A stretch of DNA of 64,000 nucleotides from Lama glama (GCA_028534125.1 CM052818.1:48732001-48796000); one strand, 5' to 3'. Counted from the first letter of the stretch, positions 49,991 to 64,000 are shown. A program made the numbers and translations. The notes: generated from the letters alone by a model not told the origin.

Positions 49991-52837
49991 ACACTCACCA
50001 CCACCCCACACCTCCTTAAACAGACAGCAGAGACCAGCCAGCACGGCTGGCTCCTCATTACGAGTTCCCAGGAGAAAGAATGTGTGGCCTGCCCGGGATG
50101 CAGAGCCCAGCGCTGAGGTTCTCGCCTGCCACCAAGGGACAGACCACGAGTGTCAGGATGACGACTCAGAGTCACCCGTGTGGCTGCCAGTCATTGTTCT
50201 CAGAAAGGGAGGTCTCCTAGACCAGGCAGATGCCCCGGGACCGAGGACGTTGGCTGGACTCCCGAGCCCATGCTCAACCACCGCCTCCAATGGTCTCTCA
50301 AGAGAATGAATTCTCACTGCAGTCTCGGGAGTTCAAGTAGAAGATCTGAGAAATTGCATGACTACATGGAAATCGTCCATGAAATCTTGAGCAACAGAGA
50401 AGAATACAGATGGAAGTGCGTGGAGGAGGGTAAGAGAGAAAAGCCAGAGATGGAGCCAGCAGACATCAGAGACACTTCAGGAGCCAGGATCAAAACCGAC
50501 AAGCCCCGGGACCGCTCAGCTGCAGGAAAGGCTGGCCCCCGGGGTCCGGGTTGGGAAAGCAGGCACTGGGGCTCACTCAGCAGGGCTGGGCTGGAACCAA
50601 CAGGGGAAAAGAAAGCCCAGCTCGGACTTGGCTGGTCACCCTGTAGGGAGTAGGGGCTCTCTCCTAAGACGAACCATGGGGGCAGAGATCCAACTTGCAC
50701 ATCAGTCTGTTTAGCCGAGTGACACCTCACAGACCTGCGCAGCGTTGCGGAGAGAACACCGCGCAGGGTGAGCATCGGGAGAGCTGACCGCCAGCCGGCT
50801 TTGTGATCTGAGAAAAGACCGCTTATCCAGCTGGACGTTTCACCTGGGACACAAGGAGGTTGTACCAAGTGACCCCCACGGTCTCCTGTGTACTCGGTCC
50901 TGCTATTTAATGAGCGCTTATAAGAACCTCTAGTTCAGCATTGCTTTGAGCTACCCTGTTCTGAGCAAGAAAACTTAGAAAGAAACGAGGAATTCAGGTA
51001 AACACAAAGGAGAGAGCTGCTGGGAGAATTAAACCGGGCGCCAGGAAGTGCTCCGTCTACTCTACCGTGGGTCAGGGGAGAGGAATTCTCGGCTTTTCCG
51101 CAAATGCAAATGATCTCTCTGGATTTGCAGTAAATCAGACACATAGTCGCTCAGCCCTTGACACCTACTGTGAGGAAACGATTTGATTTATTTACACGAT
51201 AAGCTTAAAGCATTCCACTGGTCTGAGCGCACCCGGCTGCAAGGAGAAGACACAAATCCAGCACTTGGACAGAGCGCTGCGGGTGACAGCCTCCGAGAGA
51301 AGTGCACACTGCAGTGACGGGACACAGCAAGCGAGGAAACCCCTGGGACCAACCGCATGGGGCTCTTCGGATGGGTAAGCCAGAAGTGAATTATGGTCAG
51401 CCATCCCTGACTCCAATTTCATGAATTCCAGAAGTGACCATTCCCCCCCAGAAGGAGCTCCCATGCAGCATGTTTCAACCCTTCTCCAAGAGGCAGCGGT
51501 GCCCTGACTCAGTCGGAAGTGAGGCTGACCCCTGCGAGTTTCACCCCGGGCTCCGTGGAATCGCACGCCTTGTCGGTGACACTCGGGTGGACGTAACTGC
51601 TGCTGCCGCACCAAGTTTACAAAGGTCCAACCTGACGGGTCCAAGACAGCATGGTCCACGGGCGGTGATGGTGCCCGGGGTGGTTTCCGGCTAGAGGTCC
51701 TTCTAATCATGGTGGTAAGGAACGAGGGCAACACATCTTTCTCTTCTTTCAGAAAATTGATTGAGATTCAGATTCACTTTGGACACTCACAAGTCCTTCT
51801 TGTGCACCGTTCTCATGACCTGCCTCATCTAGTCACGTGACAACCTTTTAGGTCGATGATGCCAACACACTTTCCAGGTGAGAGCAGTGCCTGGGAGAGC
51901 CTTGTCATCTCGTGTCTGATCGTGTGATGGCTGAGCCGGAGCCAGATCCTCGTCTCCTGACACCCCATCCTGTCACTCTTCCTGGCACCAACACTCTCCC
52001 ACATTAGGCAGAAGGGAGGCTTCAGGATAACACAGTCATGACTGTATTTCTGGTAAAACTGAATTACATTTTCTTTTGAGTGATTTAGAGTAAGACGGTA
52101 AGAATTAAAATGAAAAGGCCCCGCAGCCTCGTTCAGGACGGGCGGGGCCGTGCGTTTAGGGTGCTCGCTGCACGTTTCTGAGCCGCACGCGGATTTCCTC
52201 TCTGTCAGGGAGACGAGCCTGTGCCAGGTGACTGTCCCAGCGCTGCCTGGAGGCATTGCGTCCTCGATCCTCCAGTGAGGGAGCCGTCCGCGTCGGCGTC
52301 CCCCCAGGAGCCTCGGCACGCATTCAAGAAGCCCCCGGGGAGCGACAGCGCCCCCGTCCTGGGCAGACCCGGGCCGCCGGCCTCCAGCCGGGGCCCCGTC
52401 CTCTCTGTCCCGTGTGTGGATACACGTGGCTTCTTGCTCCTGAGAGGCGGGCAGGTGGCCTCCTGGCCTGGGCTGGACTTCACACCCGGCCCCCAGACCC
52501 TCAGAGTGAAGTCCACGTTCACGTACTTGGTAGCAAACACAAGTTCAACTGCAATTGTCGCAGCGGGGTTTTCACGGCGGGGCGGGCCGTCCTAGGCACT
52601 TCTCCAATCCTCGTGACCATGTTGTGCGGCCGATACCAAAAAATGCGGAAACTGAGAATAATCCACGGTTATAATCACCCTCTGCCTGCTTTCAAAGTCC
52701 ACGTTAGACTGGCCTGTACGCATGCGTATATATACATAAAATACACAGTAGAAATAGAAAATACACACACATAAAATCAAATGTCAAAGAAGAGGCAGCC
52801 TGAAAACAGGCATGGTAAGAAAAGCGCCATCACGTCT

Positions 52838-52959
52838 ACCACGTGGATCCCCCTTCAGCGTCGGGTGGGGGTGTCATTAGTGTTTCGGGGGACGGGTGAC
52901 CACGTGGATCCCCCTTCAGCGTCGGGTGGGGGTGTCATTAGTGTTTCGGGGGACGGGTG
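52838..52959 (+). repeat. Perfect 61-bp tandem duplication
   Basis: 52838-52898 is identical to 52899-52959 (accacgtggatcccccttcagcgtcgggtgggggtgtcattagtgtttcgggggacgggtg). Confidence 0.97.
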
Positions 52960-54696
52960 CTTCCGCCTCTCCTGGTATGAGCGGAGGGGCAGCAGCTGAA
53001 TGAAAGGGTGGACTTCATCCGGTGATTCCAGCCAGGTTCCCGGATGTGCCGCACCTTTCAAAGTCGGTCAAGCAGCACCTTGAAGAGCGGTTCCCAGAGC
53101 TTCACCTGGGCACCGATTCTGTCGGAACAGCCAGAGGGCGTGCCCGCTGAGAAGAGAGGCTCCCTTCCCCACTTCGCACTGAGGAATGAACCACCCATCA
53201 GAGTGAAGCTCATGGAATCTGTGTTTTCAACAAGCTCTCTGGATAGCTTTCATTTACCGCCAAGCTTGAGAATAAATGTCTGGAGAAAACTGACTCAGAT
53301 CAAAGCCAGACTAAAAGCCCACTAACGTAGCTGTTGGGACGAAGAAGTGCTCCTCACTAATCCAGGCTCAAGACTGCACACGTCTGTCTGAACCTCCAAG
53401 CGTGAACTGGAAAGCGTCATGTCTTCCCGGTCCGTGAACAGGCTATGCGCCGACTCCGCCAGGCTCTGGAGTGTGTAGCCTTGGGGAGGTGACTTCTCTG
53501 GGGGCCTCGGTGTTTGTACCTGGCAAGTCACAGGGAGAGGATTGCATAACATTATGTGTATGTGTGTGTGTCCTTTCTTCATAAGAAATTCCTAAAAACC
53601 TCGATGACATCAACCCTGGGGAGTGGTGGCAGAACTATTACATCCTTTGGCAGATTTACGCAATTTCATTTTAATTCATTGATTTTAACTTTTCTATTCC
53701 CACTGCGACATTTTTATGGGTGAACAGGAGGGCAGTGGGAAGGAGTGTTTGGCAGTAAATCATCCCCTAGAGATGCTAATCAAGAAGAAACCACCTATGC
53801 ATTAAGAGTCCTTTTTCTGAAATTAAAGTTCGACATCTTGAAAAGACATTACCGTGCTGTCATGCTGCACCAGCACAGGACGCAGCTGAAAAGTTGTTCA
53901 CCAGGTGGAATTTTGTCTGACTTAGATTTTCTACTTTTAGAACTCACATAATTTGAAAGTAGATTACACAAAAATCTATTAGAAAGCACCCTGGTGTAGT
54001 CAAATTTTCATGCAAGATGCTCCACGTTATTTTAGCTCATATGACGTTATTAACATATGGACTGCATTCTCTTTCTGTGTGGTCCTACAGGAACCTTCCG
54101 TTCCTACAGCATGTGATTTGGAAGGATTCTGCTTTAGACGGTAAGCATTTGCCTCCAACCCTGCAAATCTGATGTGAAAATTCATCACATTTTCCTGCTT
54201 CAGTCAAGTCTCTGGTGTCAAAACTCTGTAACCTCAGCGCCTGTAAAAACAACCCAACCAAACTGTCGGGATTTCTTGCCTTGAAATCATCACTTTCTCC
54301 CTCAGGCCCAGCAGTAAGCAATGAAGTCTTAAAGTCCTAAAACAACACATTATGACGAGATAAACGCCAGCAGTTTACGCAGTGCCCCAGCCCTCGCTTT
54401 GCCGCCGGTCCAGACATTCGGTCATCTGTGGCCCACAGGCACCTAACGGCCCAATCAAACTTTACAGACATAATTTGCATCTTCCATTCTCTCCGGTCTT
54501 TCTTTGAACATTTCCATTAATGAGTCAAGGAGCAGAATAATTTTCCCCACCATCCCAAGGAGCTTGTAAAGTCTAAGGCAGTTTAACAGCATTCAGGAAA
54601 GACGGGGTCCTTTGTGTCTGTGTCTTCAGCATATAGAGCTGCACAAGGCAGGGCAGTACCCCACGGGAACCCGGCCTCTTGACTTGCAGGTAAACA

Positions 54697-54770
54697 GGCA
54701 GCGATGTGGGTGGACGGGCAGGGGTGCGGGTGGACGGGCAGGGAGGCGGGTGGACGGGCAGGGATGCAGT
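54697..54770 (+). repeat. 20-bp GC-rich minisatellite, ~3.5 copies
   Basis: Core gggtggacgggcaggg repeats at 54708, 54728 and 54748. Confidence 0.92.
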
Positions 54771-55414
54771 GGGTATGACCCACATGGTGGGAGATCTGAT
54801 CTTCCACCACTCAGTTCTCATCAGCCATCACAGGAATCACACATCCAAGTCCTATTCTCTCTGCTGAAAATACTGTAACCTTCAGCGCCACCAAATCCAC
54901 TCCATTTGAACGCGGGCTCCTCATCACACGTTGTAAGGACTTTGAATGGCCTTCCACTTGCCGTCAGCCGCCTAATGAAATGTGTGTGCATGACAGCGCT
55001 GCGTGTCCTGCACGCGCAGCGGTGGGGTTAATGGAAGGGCTTTCCGACCCGTGCAAGGTGTGAATTCGTAACGAGAGCTGGTGTGCGCAGACTTTAACAG
55101 CCTGTCAACTGCGTGAGTGGACGATAATGAATTCAAGTCCAGTTGGGTTTTTCTCTGGTTTGCAAGTTTATTACCAAGAATGATGCAGACACAGGAGCCA
55201 CCTGGGAAAACACCGCGTGCTCTGCGAGGGCCTGGGATGGAGTGGTCTTTTGTGAAAGGCCGAATGGACTGGTGGGAGTGACTGAGCCTGTCCAACTTCC
55301 TCCTCTTCCCCACAAAATCAAGCAGCCTTCACGTTCACTGACTCCAACGTTAGCGAAGAATAACCCCAAACTGGCCATTTTGACATGTGAGCATGATTTT
55401 ATCAGAAACCGTAT

Positions 55415-55695
55415 CTACACCATCCAGTGAGGCAGCCACTGGCCGCAGCAGGTGACTTCTGAGCACTTGAAACGTGGCTGGTCCACACTGAAATATGTTG
55501 TAGGGGTAAAATGCATGCTACATTTTAAACATTTACCGCAAAAAAGTAAACTATATAATTGATATTTTAACGTAAACTATATACGGAAATGATAATATCT
55601 TAAATATCATTGGTTAAATAAAATGTATGATTAAAATAAAGTTATATTTCCTTCTTTTTAGTCCCTTTGATGTGGTTACTAGAAAATTCAGTTAT
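55415..55695. mobile_element. hAT-Charlie element, MER33-like
   Basis: 'gcagccactggcc..gagcacttgaaacgtggctggtcc..gtaaaat..gaaatgataatat..gttaaataaaat..attaaaat..tgtggttactagaaaatt'. Confidence 0.7.
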
Positions 55696-56154
55696 GGGCC
55701 TGGATCACATGATCTGCCTACTTGGTTCTGCCTTGTATTGTCCTGATTCGACCTGAACACTGAATACATACACTTCCTTTCTAGGTCATCAAATAACTAC
55801 TTGATTCTTTTCTATTGCATTTTCTTTTTGAAATTATATCTGCTTGGGGGATTTTTCAATAGTAGCTAATAAACGAATTCTCTTGTAGGTCTTTCGTTTT
55901 CACATCAACATACCAGATTTTATATTTAAATTCATCAACACATACTACTTTTAAAAATAACCCTGAAGTAGACTTAGTGCAAATTTGGTAAAATAATTTC
56001 TCTCTCTATCCCAGGTAGGTTTTAACTGTTGGATTCACTCGTAACATGTGTCAAAAGAAGAAGAAAAATACTTTCACCTCTAACTCATTAATGACTGGTG
56101 TACTGATTACTGGAAAAGAAGTGTTTCAGTAACCTCATATCAATGGCATCAGGC

Positions 56155-56513
56155 CATATGTGACTTTCTTTCAATCAGCGTGAAGTTGTTGATGTTCATT
56201 CAGGATTTGCTTTTATTCATGGCTGGGTAATATTCCGTAGCGTACATCTCCCACATTTTGTTTATCCACTCATCTTGTGATGGCCTTTTGAGGTTGTGTT
56301 CCTTGTTTGGGAATGTGAGTAATGCTACTGTGAACATTCATGTAAAAGTGTTTGTTTGAGTCCCTGTTCTCAGTTGTTCTGAGCATATGTATCCGGCTGG
56401 AATTGCTGGGTTGCATGTTAATTCTGTGTTTACCTTTTTCAGGAACTGCCAAACCCATCCACAGTGGCTACACTGTTTTACCTTTCCACCATCAATGGAG
56501 GAGGGTTCTGATT
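56155..56513 (-). mobile_element. L1MB-type fragment (ORF2 3' / 3'UTR, antisense)
   Basis: 'taatattcc..ccacattttgtttatccactcatc..aatgctactgtgaacattcatgt..ggaattgctggg..aggaactgccaaac..cacagtggct'. Confidence 0.8.
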
Positions 56514-59500
56514 AACATTACTGGCTATTTTAAATGACTCTGTAAGTGTTCTAGTCTGTTCTAAGACAGGTCTGGGTGCTGCCTCTCTTAAGCCAATTGT
56601 AAATACTTGCATGATAAAGTCCAGCACGCATGACCCCTTGGACACAGAGCCTCTCTGCTCTCAGCAGTGGTTCAGCTGCATCTCTGTCCTTCTCCTTCCT
56701 GGCTTTGGGGACTGAGAGTTTGGCAAACTTGAGTCAATCATCCTGTTTCTCCGTCTGTCAACCTTATTCTTTGTAAAACAAAGACAAGAATGAAGATGAT
56801 TGCTCGAGTTGACGTGAGGCTCAAATAAAGTGATGGGCATGAAGAGGTAAATCTGCACCTTCTTCCTGAGAAGGGTCTCAGTCAAGGCAGTCTTTTCTCT
56901 GTTCGCCTCTCTGGTTCCAGGGCTGACCCTCGGCCATGGGGCTCTGTGGGATGGTCGCTTAGGGCAGCTCACTGCCTTCACATGCAGCACACACTGGGTG
57001 TCAGGCACTGTGCTGGGTGTGGTGGAGGTGAGGTGGGAACTGGACAAGGGCAAGTTCCTGCCTCTGGATAGCTGGAGCACACTGGTCCAGTGGACTGACC
57101 CATGGCCAAGGAAGTGTAGAGCAGTGTTATGCTGTGAATAATCATTGGCCAAAAAAGTAGGTAGTAAAGGTCTTACGGATGTGAGTTGTTAACAGATATA
57201 GAGCAGAAAGCTAGAAAGGAAGTTTCTAGAACTCAAGACTTTGTTTCTCATCACAGCTCCCACCATAAAAAATAAAATGCAATCTCCTTAGGGTGGCATT
57301 GAAAATGATTCTGTACTGGGCTCCGACCTCATTTCTAGTCTCGTGTCCCACCAACTGCCTCCCTCCTGCCATGGTTTTGAAGTGCATCGAGCTTCTGTCT
57401 TAGCCCCATGTCCTTGCTCACCCTGCTGCCTCTTTCCCCTTCCTGTAGGGAAGTCCTATTCATTTATTAAGGACTGTCTTTCATGCTATTTCCTTAGACT
57501 TACTTGTCTCCTCTGTCACCCCGGGCTGGGCCATGTGCTTTGCTTGGGCCAGTGGGATGGTGGAAGTGAAAGACAGCCGAAGGTTCTTGTACCCCTGTCA
57601 CTGCCACGGACACACCTGCTAGAGGGGACAGGACACGGGGTGTGGGCATCCTCACTGCCTTAGCGGGCAGGCACCCGGCCGCTGGACATGTAAGCCTGGC
57701 TCAGAGCCAGAGACCTTCCCAGCCCAACCCAGGCCGAGCATCACTCGCCGAGATGGAGAGACCTTGTTTAGCACATGGTTGTTCCATCATTTGTGATGAA
57801 ACGAGAGGCCTTGGAAGGCACTGGCCCATGTGAGCACAGAGACCCGCAGGTGCCTCTTGCCTGGAGAGTGTCTAGAGGAGGCTAGTCGGAGGGCTCGGTG
57901 AGCAGTTGACCCTCTTACTCCTGGTCACGGCAAGGACGTGGGGGTTTCTTGTGGGCTCGTGGAGGAGAGGCATGCTCCCCAACTCCAAGTTCTCTCGTCG
58001 AGTCCTCGGTGCGGGGTCCCCCCGGCTTCTCTCAGCAACTTGACTCACACCTTCCCAGAGCCGGTCGGGGACTTAACTGACAGGGAAATATGGGCTGTAA
58101 ATGGGCCTGCTCCGCCCGCTCTCCCATCTCCCTGGGGAACAGCTGTGTCCGCCGGGTGCCAGCCCTGCAGCGTGGCTGTGGCTGGGATGCTGGCAAGCCC
58201 AGGGTCTCGCACTGCTCTGCCCTTCACCTCAGCCTCTTCGGTAATAAAGGTGGCATTGTGCCCATCTCTTGTTCCTTGATGGACTTTCATTTTTCCAGCC
58301 CCGGGGCAGGGAAAGTGGCGCTGTTTACTGGAGTCTCCCTGGAGACCCATCAAGTAGTTTGAGTTACCTGTGAGCAAGAGGTGCAGTGTGAGAGGGTTCC
58401 AGCAGTAATCTAGGCTGCGAAGGCAGGAGCAGAGCTGGGGACACTCGGGACTGCCAGGCTGGGAGCATCCTTTCTGGGCTCCCTGCGGAGGGAAGCCCCT
58501 CCTCCCGCTCCAGCGAAGGAAAGCGTGTTCCGAAGGCTGGCAGCTGGGAGGGCGCCCGCGGCCGGCCGCCAGCGGGAGCCCTGGGAGAACTCACGGCAGG
58601 GGCCGGGACAGGAGAGCTGTTTCGCACTTTAAAAAATAAACGCCTTTAGCAAGCCCTGCTCGGGGAGTGCCTGGCAAGGGACAGGGTGGAGACAGGGCCT
58701 ACCCACCCCTTAAACAAAGGGCTGGACCGAGGGAGGCCGGCTGAGCACGGGCGCGGCTGGCCAAGGGCCTGGCCCGAAGGCTGAAGCCAGGCTCCAGCAG
58801 AGAGCTCGGAGGCCGAGGTGCGCCCTCCCTTACCGGACCCAGGCCTTGGCGTACAGGCAGGAGCGGTGCCAGTCCTGGGCCTCTCCCTTTCCAGCCCCTT
58901 TCCCCTGCGCACTCTCTGCAGATCCCTTAGGGACCCCCAGTATTGCTCTCTTGAACCGGCGGAGGATGGCCACTCACACCCAGTCATGTTGGGGTGCAAA
59001 ATATGGCCCCTTTCCTGGCTCCTCAAGGTATTTTCAAAAAAAAAAAAATTAGAAAGTGACCTCGTTCCAGCTAACTGCTCTGCACTTGTGGAGTCAGGGG
59101 CCAATCTGCAGCCACCTCTTAAAATGACAGTCCTTTTCTTGACATAAGACAGTCCCCTCAGCTCAACACCCCCAAAGGCCGTGACTCATGGATTGATGGC
59201 TACTGTGTCTGCTGTACCCTGGGGATCCATGGGGGAAACTGGGTTTTAGGGGAAACGAAGGCACATAACTGAATAAGAAAGATCTTCCCCCCATCTTGAA
59301 AAGAGAGAGTTTCAAGGGGCTTTGAGAGCCACCCCCCTGAGTGCTGGGAGAACGGAACGTGGGGATTTTGTGCGCGATCCCAGAAAAGTTCTCACGTGCC
59401 AACAGGCAAGGACAGTGATTTTCCCTTAAAACAGCCCTGTCGTGGCTGCCCCCAGCCCCTCACAGAATAGAATGCTGACTAGTAAGGGCGGAAGCAAGCC

Positions 59501-62439
59501 GGTGCCGGTGCCGGTGCCCTGGGCTTTGCTCCGGCCCTCGCGTGCAGCTCGCGTGCCCACGTCGCGCGTCTTCAGCATTCAGGTGCTGCCTCCTCCGCTG
59601 TTGGTCTGCTTTTCCCACGCACGGTTCCCATCTCCTCAACGAAATCCCACCCCCAGGGAGAGCGTCGGTTTAACTTGGTCTGTTCCAAAATCAAATGGCA
59701 CTTACCGAGCGTCAGGTGTTCAGCCGGACTGCCGATAAAATGAGGGTCCACAGAAGAACAAAGCTGCCACAGCAGCGTCAAAGACAGCCAGTCCTCGTGG
59801 AACTCCGCTTCGGGAATCTCTCAGCAGCATCCACTCCTCCGAGCTCTCGGCGCCCCCGGAAGTGCACAGTATCTGTCTGATTATGCGAAGTGGGAGTCGA
59901 GACTTTAAAGTCAGCACGTTTTCACGATCACAGTCTTACTTTTAAGACGGTATCTAATTCCAAAGTTAACATAAACAGCAATATATAATTACCCAGACAA
60001 TTATTTCAGCAACCAAAAAATTGTATGTCTAGAGGAAAAATATTGAAATGCTTCTTAATGGTCACGTTAAAAAGATTTGTTGCACCAGCAAGCTAAGCTT
60101 CCAGCGCTAAAACCAGCCAGCCTGCTGTCTGCCAGGGCGCAGCAGACCTCGCCGTGCGGAGCTGACTGCAGGGGCATTTTGGAGAGCAGGAGCAGCAGTG
60201 CGGAGCTAAAAGCATCTCCCCTCTCGTATCTTCTCCGACAAACTCTTGTAGAGCTGAGTTTCCTGTCTTTGGAGTCTCTTCCTATTAAGCTGCAGATGTG
60301 TTGGGGGAAGAGGCAGTTAGCCCGTGTCTGCTGAGCCCCGATTTCCTTTCTCAGGTTGTAACCAGGAATGAGATCGGTGAGCATAACTCTTGGTAAACTA
60401 GATGATCTGGGTCACTGGGGCTTCCTACCCCGGGGGGGAAGGCTCGGGGTAAGACAGTGCCAGGGGAGAAGGCGGTTCCGGGTCTGGGGTGGCAGAGAGA
60501 AGGAACACCCAGCATGAAGACAACGCTGGATGGCGCACAGCAAAGAGAAGAGTGTCCAGGCTGAGCCCCCAGAGAATCCCAAAGACGGAGTTCCCCTCCT
60601 CCTTCCAGCGCAGTGCACTGGCTCCGGGCACCCTGCCCTCGCGGGCGAGCTGAGCGTAATTCGGGCAGGGCCGTCAGCTCTGCTCCTCGGTGGCACAATT
60701 AGTGTGGCGCTTTCTGCCGGTCCCTGCGGGAGTGTCTAGCCAGGGCACAGCCATGACGTGGATTAAGTTTAGCGACTGTCAGCTCTTTGCAATCTGCAGT
60801 CTGGTTTCATTTCTGGCCAGGCTCCTTGTTTTGAATACTCTCCAGGCTTTTAATCACATTTCTTAGTTTTTCTTTGCGCTCTTGAAATTGTGTAAAATTG
60901 AGACAGTTCAAAGAAGCATAGTTCATAATCCTGTCACCCACAGATACCTGGGATTCATAATTTTGTGTGTTTATTTCCAGCCTTTTTTTTGAACATATTT
61001 AGCAACATATTTCCTCAACGCTAAGATTTTATAGATTAGAAAACGCATCTTCATTATAAGAGGGTTTTTTGGAACAAAGGAAAAAGAAAAGGAAAAGACA
61101 TGGGTACCACCTTATCCAGAGTTTGCATGATTTGTAAGATGCATCTCATTTTACAAATGATAAGGGGGGCATATCAGAATAAAAAAAAGGAAATATAGAG
61201 CCTTATGACCCGGACGTATCAAATTTCAGGGACATTACTCTGTTAAACACTCATAGGACAATAAATTAAACTTTACCCTGCATGGTTGCGTGTTGTCTGT
61301 TCTGGCCCCACTTCCCACGTGTCTCTGGGAATCTTCAAGTGAATGTAACATCTTCCTGCCGATCAAGCGTGCGTGGCGGGGCACCTCCTCCCTCCGCAGT
61401 CCCGGGCTGCAGACCGCTGGTACCTCCTCCGGAGGCACGGAAGGAGGCACCCCCTACATCCTCCTATAACTGGGGGAAAAGAAAGCTCTAAAATAAGGAA
61501 AGAAAGTCTGGCAAATATTTTTACCAAGATGATACGTTTTATTTGGGTACATCTATCTTTGGAGGATGCCGAATACCTATTTTGGGGGGAGGAATTCTAT
61601 TCCTTTCTTTCTCACCTCCGTTCTGTTAACCTGTTGGTGGAGTCCCTGCTGCCTGACTTCCTTCCTTCTTTTCAGTTTTTTACCCCAAGCTGACATAAGC
61701 TTATCTCTTTATTCCCTATTGCACTGTTAAGTTCAGGTGACGTATTTCAGAAAATGAAGACATGTAACCATTTCTTTATATTCTGAATTGTCTTTGATTG
61801 AGTTTGATGTGGCTGCCCCAGCCCCCTGGCTTGGTTGAAACTCCAATCTTGGTTTGGAGTTTTTCACCTGCTCCCTGAGGAGCACACGAAAATCCTTGGC
61901 TTATGCAAACTAATACCTCTGTGCTTCCGGAAGGCCTCTGAAATCTACAGAGACAGTTGATTCTCCTGGCGCAGGACGCCTGGAGGGCGGGAGTCGGGCA
62001 CTGTTTGCAGGAGCTTGTGTGTGTGTTGTGGAGGCTGCCCTTCCCTCTCCTCTTCTGGTGGGGGAGCTGGCACTTAGTGTAGGGACCGCATACTGCCCAC
62101 CAAACCTGGACAAAGTGAGCCTGGGGTCCCCGGCACCCCTGTAAGTGTGGGCACGTGATGGAGCCCACAGAACGTGAGGGAAAGTTAGGAGGGTCCCCCG
62201 GCCTAGCCCTCCTGCAGGTGGCTGTGTGCACCTCCCATGGGCTGGGTGCAAGGACTCTGAGACCCTACAGGATGACAGTCTCCCAGGGCAGGAAACCGTT
62301 CTGCCACCAGAAACACCTGCCACCCCAGAGGTTATGAGGAAGACTTCCCTGTGTTGAAGCACTGGAATCATAGGGTGTGTTTGGTACGATCTAGCATCAC
62401 CTCAGTGAATACATCTCTCAGTGATCTGAAGAACAGAAT

Positions 62440-63960
62440 ATACGTAGACATATATCATAATGTATTCCACCATCTTCCCCTTTCAGACTTTTTGGTTCAT
62501 TAACATTTACGTGTTGGAAATAACACTGTAATAAACATTCTTGAAGTATCTTTGCATATTTAGAGGAATAGTTACGAGGGTATGTTTTTAAGAGCAGAAA
62601 TTTGCAGTGGAAGTGTATTGGGAATTTTAAATGTCAGCTCAGTTTGAAAAAGTTACCAAATTGCCCTGAAAAATACGTGCCAAATCGGGCTCCCCAGATG
62701 ACGCATGAGCGCACCTTCCTCGTGCCTGTTCCAGTCGCGTGTACCACCGAGCATCTCACTATTGGCCACCACGAGGGAAAACACAAAAAAGCTCTCTCCT
62801 TGTTTATTACAGTGACGTTGAGCTTCCCTTCCTTTTCATGTGTTTAAAAGCTGTTCACATTTCTTACGCGAATTATTTTTTCATATGTCTTTTGCGAGAC
62901 TTTATTGAATTGTTCATATTTTTCTTACTGATGTGTAGAAAAAACGGTTTACATATGAGGAAACTGGACTTTTATCTCTTATTTATCTTGAAAATATTGT
63001 GCCTCTATTACAGCATACGGTCTCCCAGTCTAACTTTCATTCATAATATCCTTTGACAGATGAGACATTTATGTATACATAGATTTTAACTTTTATGTAG
63101 ACAAATTGTTGATCTATTACTTTTTGACGACTAGGTATTGTTGCTTTGTAAGGCTAGCATTATCATTCACAATTTTACAAAAAATAGAATATATAAGATA
63201 TATAAATATAAATATATTTTCTTCTAATTAATGAAAATGTATATATACACATATATACATTTCTGTATATATTTTTTGATTATGTATCATAAATGTATCT
63301 ATATATAGAAACTTATGTGTATCTATACAAGTAAATGTATACATATGTGTGCATAATCCATCTGGGCAAAGTGGGATGTAAGAGAATTTTATAATTTCCA
63401 TGGATATAGCAGATTATATCAGCATAGCTAATCATCTGACGTAAATTCTGCATTTATCGTGTAATAAATTTTCATATATATCCGTTTCAGTCTCTGATGT
63501 TTTCATTGGTCTGCTCTCATACTGAATGAAAAATCTGGGATCCAACTTTTAGTGGTTGCGTGCTGTTTCATCATGCAGGTGTGATAATGCAATTAGCTTA
63601 TTCCCTACTGCGGAAGGTGGTTTGATTTTTATTATTTGCCATGTGAGCATCTTTGTGCATGAAACTATGATCTGTAACTTTCATGTGGTTTTTTTAAGGT
63701 TGATTCCTTGAATTAACACAATACGTATATTTTTAAGAATCTTGAGACCCATTTTCCACCTTATTTCAGAAAACAATTTGTGACAATGGATCTTCCACCA
63801 GCAGTAGCCGAAAGCGCCCTTTTCATCAATCCTCACCAGCATTTATATCTTTAAGAATGCTGGCTGATTGGAGAGGCTGTGACAGCATCACGCCGTGGTT
63901 ACCTTTGCTTATAGCTTGATCATTTAAAAAATATTGCTCGCACCCAGCACCTTTATGCAA
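62440..63960 (-). mobile_element. Old L1ME-type fragments plus AT-rich low complexity (63180-63350)
   Basis: 'taaacattcttg..ccaaattgccct', 'tttttcttactgat', 'ttccaccagcagt..tcctcaccagcat'. Highly diverged, probably more than one fragment. Confidence 0.55.
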
Positions 63961-64000
63961 ATTCAGTTTAACAAGACGGATGCATGCGGTAAGATTTAAT

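Noticed and set aside
50180-50653. 157-aa ORF with a charged, protein-looking middle
   Set aside because: No recognisable homology, GTG start, no convincing splice sites, and a 168-aa antisense ORF overlaps it.
1-64000. CRISPR array, operon, intact retroviral or transposase ORF, or other novel multi-gene system
   Set aside because: No repeat-spacer structure, no long coding ORFs and no paired LTRs flanking internal sequence. The content is explained by ordinary mammalian intron/upstream DNA and decayed repeats.

Overview
Mammalian genomic DNA, very probably camelid (camel/alpaca/llama): it has two near-full Vic-1-type tRNA-derived SINEs and many artiodactyl-type L1 3' ends. I found no credible protein-coding exon. 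The ORF track looks like GC-rich or repeat-derived noise. The main functional element is a CpG-island promoter at ~24.5-25.1 kb, with a minus-strand first exon ending at a canonical donor (CA|GTAAGT, 24425). Bases 1-24.4 kb are therefore probably intron 1 of a minus-strand gene whose coding exons lie left of the window. There is also a possible alternative 5' exon pair with an 89-nt intron at ~4.4-4.7 kb and a second CpG island at ~46.2-46.6 kb. This layout resembles my unverified recollection of the MPP7 5' region, but no sequence identity supports that, so I give no symbol. The rest is interspersed repeats (L1, L2, MIR, MaLR MLT1, a MER41-like ERV1 LTR, Tigger and hAT elements), simple repeats and three N-runs. 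I do not see a new biological system. The most notable signals are three 5'-inverted (twin-primed) L1 insertions within ~12.5 kb, a strong AT-to-GC substitution footprint in one L1 copy, uORFs in exon 1, and a MER41-like LTR next to the second island. All repeat family names come from recalled consensus sequences, and boundaries are approximate.
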